Positions 23,081-29,327 of a stretch of 29,327 nt of DNA are shown here, one piece after another. Each line of letters opens with the position of its first letter. Position 1 is the first letter of the stretch. The notes beneath the pieces are model-generated. The model saw nothing but the letters and a program-made list of their open reading frames with translations, made no database searches and had not been told where the DNA came from. The DNA is taken from positions 1-29,327 of IMG/VR virus record IMGVR_UViG_3300046786_000262, one strand, 5' to 3'. Both the position numbers and the translations under genes were made by a program. This DNA is from a virus. Lineage: Duplodnaviria > Caudoviricetes.

Positions 23081-25565
23081 TGTCACTCTCAAGCACCACC
23101 ACTTGACTGACAGCTGGACCATTGGCTCCTCCTGGAAGATAGCTCGCCAGTGATGTCTGCTGTGCATTAGTTGTGCCACCACCAAGCTGTGCAGCGCTCG
23201 CTCCAGCTGCTGCACCTCCTCCGAAATCTGGCATCGTTGGCGCCTGGCCTCCCTCATATTTTTGAGATGCCACTGCTGCTGCTTGTGTAATCCCAAGCAC
23301 TCCTGCTGATGCGATGGCAGCAATCCCCAATGGAGATGGAGGAGGACCGAATTCACCAATCCCTTTGATGATCGCAGCTGCTGTATTGATAGCAATCTGC
23401 GCCAGCTTCAATGCTTTCTCCTTTTCAAATTGGCGCTTCTTAATCTTCTCCTCCTCATTGTATTGCTTGAGCTTCAGCTGATATTCTTGCTGTGCAAATT
23501 TCTTGTTGATGTCAGCCTTTTGTGATTCTGTCAGATTTAGATTATTTAGCTCTGCATTTCGTCTCTTCTCAAGCTCTGAAATCTGTGCATCTGTCTCTGC
23601 CGACATTGCTGCCAGTCGATTATTTTCGATATCATTGATTGCACTGTTCAATTCTGTGGCGAAATCAAGTGCTTTCTGTGCACCATCAACGATCTTCTGT
23701 GCTGTCTCCAGTTTTGTTGCCAGAGCTTTCTTATCATTCTCTGCAATGGCATCATTTTTCTTTTTATTGATCTCTTCAATCTTGGCTGCATATTCCTCCT
23801 CGAGCTTTGTACTGGCAGCTTGATATTCAACATCAGTGATCAATCCAGCCTGATGGGCCTCATTCAATTTCTTATACTTATCCTCTTGAGTTTTTTCAAA
23901 GTCGATGAGCTCATTCTGGTATTCATCCAGGATCACTGACTGATATGCTCTGATCAGATCCAGTTTTTTCTGTTCAGCCTCGGCTCTTTTCGCCAGATCT
24001 TCTTTGTCAAATTTTTCATTGATCTTATCTTGCTCTTGTTTCTGTGCAGCTTCCAGTATAGTTGTATCCTGGCCAGCTTGCTTGGCTCTGTTTATCAGAT
24101 CAAAGTAGTGATCATTCACATCTTGCAGCTCTTTATCCCTGGCTGAAAGTTGGCTGTCATAGTATGCTGTCTCTGCTGCCTCGATTTCTGCGAGCAATTG
24201 GTTTCTGATTTCGATGATCTGAAGCTGTCGCTCTCTTTCTCTCTTGATCTCCTCCTCCATTCGTGCCTTCGCTTTATCGCTGGCATCTTTCGCTCTGGCA
24301 TCTGCATCGGCTTGAGCTTGCTGATCATATTCTGAAGCTAAATTATTTTTACTCTCGACAGCCTCGGCTTGCTTTGTGAGATCCTTCACCAATTTATCAA
24401 GATCATCAGCTCGATTCTTCGCTTGCTTTGCTGTTGCCTCCCCATTTTTCTTGGTCATATTCACGATGGAGTAAGGATCATTTGCAGCTTTGCTGTTGGC
24501 AAGCTTCTCTGCTTCCTGGTCAGCGAGCAATGATTTCACTCTCTCCTCTGCTGCCATCTTCATGAGTGCATCAGCCTGGGCTCTCAAGGATGCTGCCTGG
24601 ATATATGCATCTGTCTTCGCAGCAAATAGCTTTTCTGCTTCATTCAGATTCTTTGCCTGGCCAAATGTGGCTCCGAGTTCCTTGTTGTATGTGGCAAGCG
24701 CTTCCTCCTTGCTGATTACTCCCTCCTTCGCCAGCTCGAATGAATTCTTTACTTTGTTGGTTTGCATAGTTGCATCGACAGCTGCCGATTTGTATGCATC
24801 CATTGTCGCATTGAGATCCTTCTGGCGCTGCGATACACCTCCGATGGAATCCATCACTTTATCAAAGTTCGTGATGAGCAATCCAAGGCCAATCACGAGA
24901 GCTCCCACTCCAGTCGCTGCGAGTGCAAGCTTTAATCCCTTCATGGCTCCAGTACTATTGCCTACCACTTGAGCATATATCTTCTCATATGTCGTGCGCA
25001 ATTGGATCCCCAGGATTGCATCTGAATTCAAATTATTGGCCACCTCGCTGATTGCATTCACTACACCCTGGACAGCCATGAGCTTCTGCATGGATTTCAC
25101 CAGATTCTCATTCTCCACTCCAGTCAGAGCAATGGCGCTCTCGAATCCCTGGAATACTGCTGCACCAGTGCTGATGCCAGCGAGTGCTGTATCCAATCCT
25201 TTGAAATCTGAAGAGAGTGCAGTTGTTGCTGCCTTCAAATCTCCGATAGTATCCTTCAATTCAGATGCTTTCTTGATTGCATCCTGGCCGACTGGAGATT
25301 CCATTCCAGCCTGGGCAGCAATATTCTGGTATTGCTTCATGGCTTGCGTCATTTCTCGCATAGTCAAGCCTCCAGCTTCCACTTTAGCATTCAATTCTGT
25401 GAGCTTCTGTGCGAATACATCTGTACCGGCACCCTCTTGCACTGTATTCTGTAAGTTATTCACATCTTTATTGAGTGAATTCACTGCTTGATCAAAGCTC
25501 TTTATGTCATTAACACTGTTTCCAGTGTCCACTTTGAGTGAAAAAACTGCCTCCTTTGTTGCCAT
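23028..25565 (-). CDS. Tape measure protein, 845 aa
   Basis: Long Ala/Lys/Glu-rich coiled coil with Gly/Ala hydrophobic stretches (LAATGVGALVIGLGLLI). Confidence 0.75.
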   Translation of the reverse strand: MATKEAVFSLKVDTGNSVNDIKSFDQAVNSLNKDVNNLQNTVQEGAGTDVFAQKLTELNAKVEAGGLTMREMTQAMKQYQNIAAQAGMESPVGQDAIKKASELKDTIGDLKAATTALSSDFKGLDTALAGISTGAAVFQGFESAIALTGVENENLVKSMQKLMAVQGVVNAISEVANNLNSDAILGIQLRTTYEKIYAQVVGNSTGAMKGLKLALAATGVGALVIGLGLLITNFDKVMDSIGGVSQRQKDLNATMDAYKSAAVDATMQTNKVKNSFELAKEGVISKEEALATYNKELGATFGQAKNLNEAEKLFAAKTDAYIQAASLRAQADALMKMAAEERVKSLLADQEAEKLANSKAANDPYSIVNMTKKNGEATAKQAKNRADDLDKLVKDLTKQAEAVESKNNLASEYDQQAQADADARAKDASDKAKARMEEEIKRERERQLQIIEIRNQLLAEIEAAETAYYDSQLSARDKELQDVNDHYFDLINRAKQAGQDTTILEAAQKQEQDKINEKFDKEDLAKRAEAEQKKLDLIRAYQSVILDEYQNELIDFEKTQEDKYKKLNEAHQAGLITDVEYQAASTKLEEEYAAKIEEINKKKNDAIAENDKKALATKLETAQKIVDGAQKALDFATELNSAINDIENNRLAAMSAETDAQISELEKRRNAELNNLNLTESQKADINKKFAQQEYQLKLKQYNEEEKIKKRQFEKEKALKLAQIAINTAAAIIKGIGEFGPPPSPLGIAAIASAGVLGITQAAAVASQKYEGGQAPTMPDFGGGAAAGASAAQLGGGTTNAQQTSLASYLPGGANGPAVSQVVVLESDITGTQQKVAAQQSLSTY

Positions 25566-27841
25566 TATCTCTGGTATTTATCTGGTGATATTGTTACTGT
25601 ATATGTCTGTGCTGATTCTGCCTCCACCAATCGGATGAATTCTGTCTCTGTGCTGTTATTTTTACCGCTGTCATAGTTGCTGACCTTCTGCAATCTGAAC
25701 ATCACTCCATCAATCATGATCAGCTTTTTGAAGTTGAGCTCTCCGATGTCCTTGCTTTCAAGCATGGCCTTCGCTGTAAGCTGCTTTCCATACCTGGAGA
25801 TAATCTCTCTGATGAATCTCTCGTGATATCCATACAAGTTGTTGGTAGTGTACAGAGTGACCTCTCCAGTTGAATAAAACACATACTGTGGTACACCCCA
25901 ATTTAAGTCAAAGCTTGGATCAATCAAGTTATCGAGATGCCCAACATACGGATATTTCGTGCGAGCATGTGGTACATTGAATTCATCAACATGCACCCAG
26001 TCACCTTCCTGGAGTGTACCTACATCTCCACTGATCAGCTGCACAATGAATGGCTTCGCCACCTTCTCCACTCTGTTGATGGTACCATTGCTCTCAATCT
26101 TCTGCTGATATGCACATGGAATGATCAGATCAGTGTAATCAGATCCATCAAATTTCGGCAATCTCACCAGAGGCTTCTGGCTGAATGGAAGCTTCACATC
26201 TGTCACTGACTGACTGAAAGCATTCCCGGATGCCACTGAATTATTTCCATACTCCATGAGAGTATCATCTGAATATCGCTTGCTCCAGTAATCATCATCC
26301 TTCTCAAAGCTGAATCTGTATTCCTTCGATGCGAAGTTAATTGTCGGAGTAATTTTCACAGCATCTGATCTGTCAATTTTCATGGTCCAGTCCAGCGCTG
26401 TATCTGTGCCCTCATAGAAATCCACGAGAGGCTCAATCTCCAATATCGTTGGATCAAGTTCATTCGGCTTGATATACAGATTGAACATGTCTCGAATCCC
26501 TCGAAAGAATGAATCAGCTGTCATATCTGGGAGCATGGTAGCCAGATTCAATGTTGATCCTGGAGTGAGTGACTGTGGCTGCTTCTCGATATTCAAATCA
26601 GCACCCAATGATTCAATGGTCACTGCAATATTTCCCCATCCAGCGATCTGTCCATCCATCACCTCAAGCTGTAGCCTGGCATCGAGCACATCGCTAAATG
26701 TCAAGTTAATTGATGGAAGCACAGCGAAGGAATAATCAACAGTCATGGATCCCACTCCTGGAGTGATGGCTCCTTCTGCAATGGTAGTTGTTGTATCAAT
26801 CACTCCATTCTTTCGCACAATCAAGCTCACTCTGTAGCTTCCCCATACCAGGATGCCAGCATTCGTGCTGATGGTGATGCGATGATCTCCCTGGTAGTTC
26901 ACAGCGAAGAGGCCCTCCGATGATGGTACGAACATCAATGGCGATGGCTGCTGAATCTGGGAAGATGGATCTGCCACCACTGTGCCATCGTAGTTGTTCA
27001 GAGATGTGAAGTTGTTGATCCAAAAGTTTCCAGTTGTTGATATTGCACTCATGACGAATCCATTCGCATCATTATTCTCTGATGTGAATGCGCTGTCAAG
27101 TGCAGCTTGAGCTGGTGAGATCTGTGGAAGCACTCCTCCAGGATAGGCCAGGAGTAATCTCTTGAATCTTTGGCTCTCAAAGAAATCACTCTGCCAGGTG
27201 ATGCCGGCTGCATTGAAGGATCTCTTCAGTATGTCATAGCAAAATACATGAGGAGGAATGTGCTCGACTGCGAATTCATCAGCTTGCGCTCTCTGGTATC
27301 CGTAATCGATGAGGCCATAGTAATATCCCAGGCCATACCAATCTGCTCCCAATCCATTCGCCACCATGCTGCCGTTGCTCATGATGGATGCATTCCATGA
27401 TGCCTCTTGAATGTCATATGTGAAAGGATGATTGTATTCAGTCCAGTCCATTGCGTTGATCTTAATATCTTTCAACCTTCCAATGTAGTCGATTGTTTCA
27501 CTGATCAACACGATATTAAAGGTCCAGTTTCCATCTTGCTGTACGCAATCCTGGAGCTGGCACACTCCATTGAATTCGAGCACCCCATTGTGATAATATC
27601 TGGCTGATGCTTTCACCGATGGATCAAAATTCATGAAGGTGATGGGAGCTCCAGCTGTAGCACTCAAGCTGAACACATTTGCCATCAGTTGCACATTCGT
27701 TGATGTACCAGGCAAAGCAATTGTCTTTGAGTTATTGCCCTTCCTTGAGCTAATATCCTTGATGTCACTGATGGCATAAGTCAGTGGGAATGGTATCTTG
27801 TCATTCAAGTCCACTTGGATGCCGTTGATAAATAGCTCCAT
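25565..27841 (-). CDS. Large minor tail / tail-tip protein, 758 aa
   Basis: Beta-rich; adjacent to the TMP gene; ISDIKDISSRKGNNSKTIALPGT N-terminus. Confidence 0.65.
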   Translation of the reverse strand: MELFINGIQVDLNDKIPFPLTYAISDIKDISSRKGNNSKTIALPGTSTNVQLMANVFSLSATAGAPITFMNFDPSVKASARYYHNGVLEFNGVCQLQDCVQQDGNWTFNIVLISETIDYIGRLKDIKINAMDWTEYNHPFTYDIQEASWNASIMSNGSMVANGLGADWYGLGYYYGLIDYGYQRAQADEFAVEHIPPHVFCYDILKRSFNAAGITWQSDFFESQRFKRLLLAYPGGVLPQISPAQAALDSAFTSENNDANGFVMSAISTTGNFWINNFTSLNNYDGTVVADPSSQIQQPSPLMFVPSSEGLFAVNYQGDHRITISTNAGILVWGSYRVSLIVRKNGVIDTTTTIAEGAITPGVGSMTVDYSFAVLPSINLTFSDVLDARLQLEVMDGQIAGWGNIAVTIESLGADLNIEKQPQSLTPGSTLNLATMLPDMTADSFFRGIRDMFNLYIKPNELDPTILEIEPLVDFYEGTDTALDWTMKIDRSDAVKITPTINFASKEYRFSFEKDDDYWSKRYSDDTLMEYGNNSVASGNAFSQSVTDVKLPFSQKPLVRLPKFDGSDYTDLIIPCAYQQKIESNGTINRVEKVAKPFIVQLISGDVGTLQEGDWVHVDEFNVPHARTKYPYVGHLDNLIDPSFDLNWGVPQYVFYSTGEVTLYTTNNLYGYHERFIREIISRYGKQLTAKAMLESKDIGELNFKKLIMIDGVMFRLQKVSNYDSGKNNSTETEFIRLVEAESAQTYTVTISPDKYQR

Positions 27842-27842
27842 A

Positions 27843-29048
27843 TTAGTTCAATTGTGATCTATAGCTCCAAGTCACTGTGATAGCCACTGTCTCCTGAATG
27901 AGTCCATCCTTGAAGCGTGACTTCAGTACGTTCTGATTATTTTCTACCACCACTGGCTTGAAGATGCCACCATCAAACAGCCACACTTGTGGTGATTCAT
28001 ACAGCTCACGCACTAGCCAGTTCTGCACTGCAGGTTTCATCCAGTCTGAATTGAGCACAATCTTGTCTTCAGCGGTCTTCATTGCTGACTTCTTCTCAGC
28101 ATCAGTCAATCCAAGGTTGTAGAAACCATCCACCCAGCTACCACGCTGCACTTGATATCCAAAGTTTTGAACATTACTGCTATCAATGCGTAGCTTGTTG
28201 AAGGAATACTGCTCAATGATACCAAACTTATTCACCCAGTACAGGCGCTGATGGTCAAACCGTAGACATTCACGGTCAAGATATAGCCTGATTGGAATAC
28301 TGCTCTGTGATGTGTACGGCAATGTGTCTGATGTAGCAATCAATGTCACCTCATAGTAGTAGCAATCAGCCCATTCAACACCAGCAGTCCATCCTGTACT
28401 GTCCATTGAAGCAGGTGAAATGTCAAGCATATTGACAATGAAGTCCATATCAATCAATCCCAAATGGCTGTATGTGATTGTACCTGTCACATCAAATATC
28501 TGAAGCTTCAATTCATAGTATTCGTGGTCACGGTTGGCAAAGAAACCAACAAAGAATGGATCTCTGAATGGTGTGAATTGTGGCACATCTGCAGGATAGG
28601 ATGTCAATGGCTGTGGATTTAGACCATTGCTGTAGTCAAGCCAGTAGGTCATTGAGTTGAATGCATTAAACTGCTCATATCTCAAAGCACCATTGAAGGC
28701 ATAGTTCCCTGCACTATCCACTGAAGCTTCAAGGACTGGTGGTGTTCCGTAGCTTTCAAATACAATAATCCGAACAGATACAGCTTGATCCTGAGATACC
28801 CAATTGAAGCTAGTCAAATACTCCGGATGTGTACTAACAAATGAGCGCAGATATTCTGAGGCATCAAATTTGCAGTATGCTCCTTGCATAGGATAAAGCT
28901 CATAGGTACCAAACAACGCACCCTCAATGTATAGCTGTACCTTGTAGCTGAAGTTCGGCTGTCCTGTTTGGTCAGATGAGAAGGTCCATAGTATCTCATT
29001 GCTTGCTGGTGTGTAAAGCAATGGCTCCTGTAGTATTGTTATTGCCAT
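27843..29048 (-). CDS. Minor tail / structural protein, 401 aa
   Basis: In the tail operon; LYWVNKFG and LNSDW...LYESPQVW motifs. Confidence 0.65.
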   Translation of the reverse strand: MAITILQEPLLYTPASNEILWTFSSDQTGQPNFSYKVQLYIEGALFGTYELYPMQGAYCKFDASEYLRSFVSTHPEYLTSFNWVSQDQAVSVRIIVFESYGTPPVLEASVDSAGNYAFNGALRYEQFNAFNSMTYWLDYSNGLNPQPLTSYPADVPQFTPFRDPFFVGFFANRDHEYYELKLQIFDVTGTITYSHLGLIDMDFIVNMLDISPASMDSTGWTAGVEWADCYYYEVTLIATSDTLPYTSQSSIPIRLYLDRECLRFDHQRLYWVNKFGIIEQYSFNKLRIDSSNVQNFGYQVQRGSWVDGFYNLGLTDAEKKSAMKTAEDKIVLNSDWMKPAVQNWLVRELYESPQVWLFDGGIFKPVVVENNQNVLKSRFKDGLIQETVAITVTWSYRSQLN

Positions 29049-29327
29049 TTGTCAGTGTTTTTGGTGAATGATACGTTGAACATCAAGCCAGTCACTGCTG
29101 CCAAGTCTGATGCTATCTTGTTTAGAACATCATCAGTGATGACATTCTCTGTGATTCGTTTAGGCTCAAGTCCGTGCATCTTGATGCTGCGAGCTGTGAA
29201 ATATGCTTGCGATTTATCTCCTCCCTTCCACTCCTGGATTGCCTTGATCATGTTCTTTCCTGGTGAGGAATACTTGAAGGAATAAATACTCCCTTGCACT
29301 CTCGGCCTTTTATAGTCGTATTCCTTG
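28813..29327. repeat. Terminal overlap copy B
   Basis: Matches 1-515 at about 97.5%. Confidence 0.97.
29039..29327 (-). CDS. 3' part of the 182-aa gene (duplicate of 227-515, cut by the window edge)
   Basis: Same translation as the 227..775 C-terminus except L/F in AYLTARS versus AYFTARS. Confidence 0.85.
   Translation of the reverse strand, partial: KEYDYKRPRVQGSIYSFKYSSPGKNMIKAIQEWKGGDKSQAYFTARSIKMHGLEPKRITENVITDDVLNKIASDLAAVTGLMFNVSFTKNTDKWQ

Noticed and set aside
23503-25491. Long plus-strand ORFs opposite the tape measure gene (and similar ones opposite the primase and portal genes)
   Set aside because: Antisense shadows of biased codon usage with no recognisable motifs.
1-29327. Stop-codon reassignment
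   Set aside because: Genes tile densely under the standard code, and TAA, TAG and TGA all end genes at sensible boundaries.

Overview
The window is an essentially complete, circularly permuted genome of a tailed dsDNA phage (Caudoviricetes, probably siphovirus-like). The unit length is 28,812 bp, because 1-515 is repeated at 28813-29327 with 13 mismatches. TAnnTTTG promoter boxes and A/T-rich, SD-less start regions point to a Bacteroidota host (inference). All convincing genes but one are on the minus strand. The early/replication block encodes a Zn-ribbon protein, a DnaA-domain-IV-like protein, a wHTH protein, an iteron-rich origin candidate, a Prim-Pol/DUF3987 replicase, VRR-NUC, ERF, a YqaJ exonuclease, an SSB-like protein and a sigma-like factor. 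It is followed by terS/terL, tail and head genes, lysis genes (holin, u-spanin candidate, CHAP endolysin) and a metallophosphoesterase. I saw no integrase, replicative DNA polymerase, methyltransferase, reverse transcriptase, tRNA or CRISPR array. Most interesting: (1) a stand-alone DnaA domain IV-like protein next to an array of DnaA-box-like TTTTACACY iterons; (2) a lone plus-strand Stealth-like sugar-phosphate transferase set head-to-head with a prohead protease carrying a HAD phosphatase domain; (3) a hidden -1 frameshift in the gene after terL; (4) a 5-copy promoter-like motif plus a phage sigma-like factor; (5) a structured RNA/terminator between terS and terL; (6) strong GATC/CCWGG over-representation that disappears in one tail gene. 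All family calls come from motif recognition by eye, and no database searches were run.
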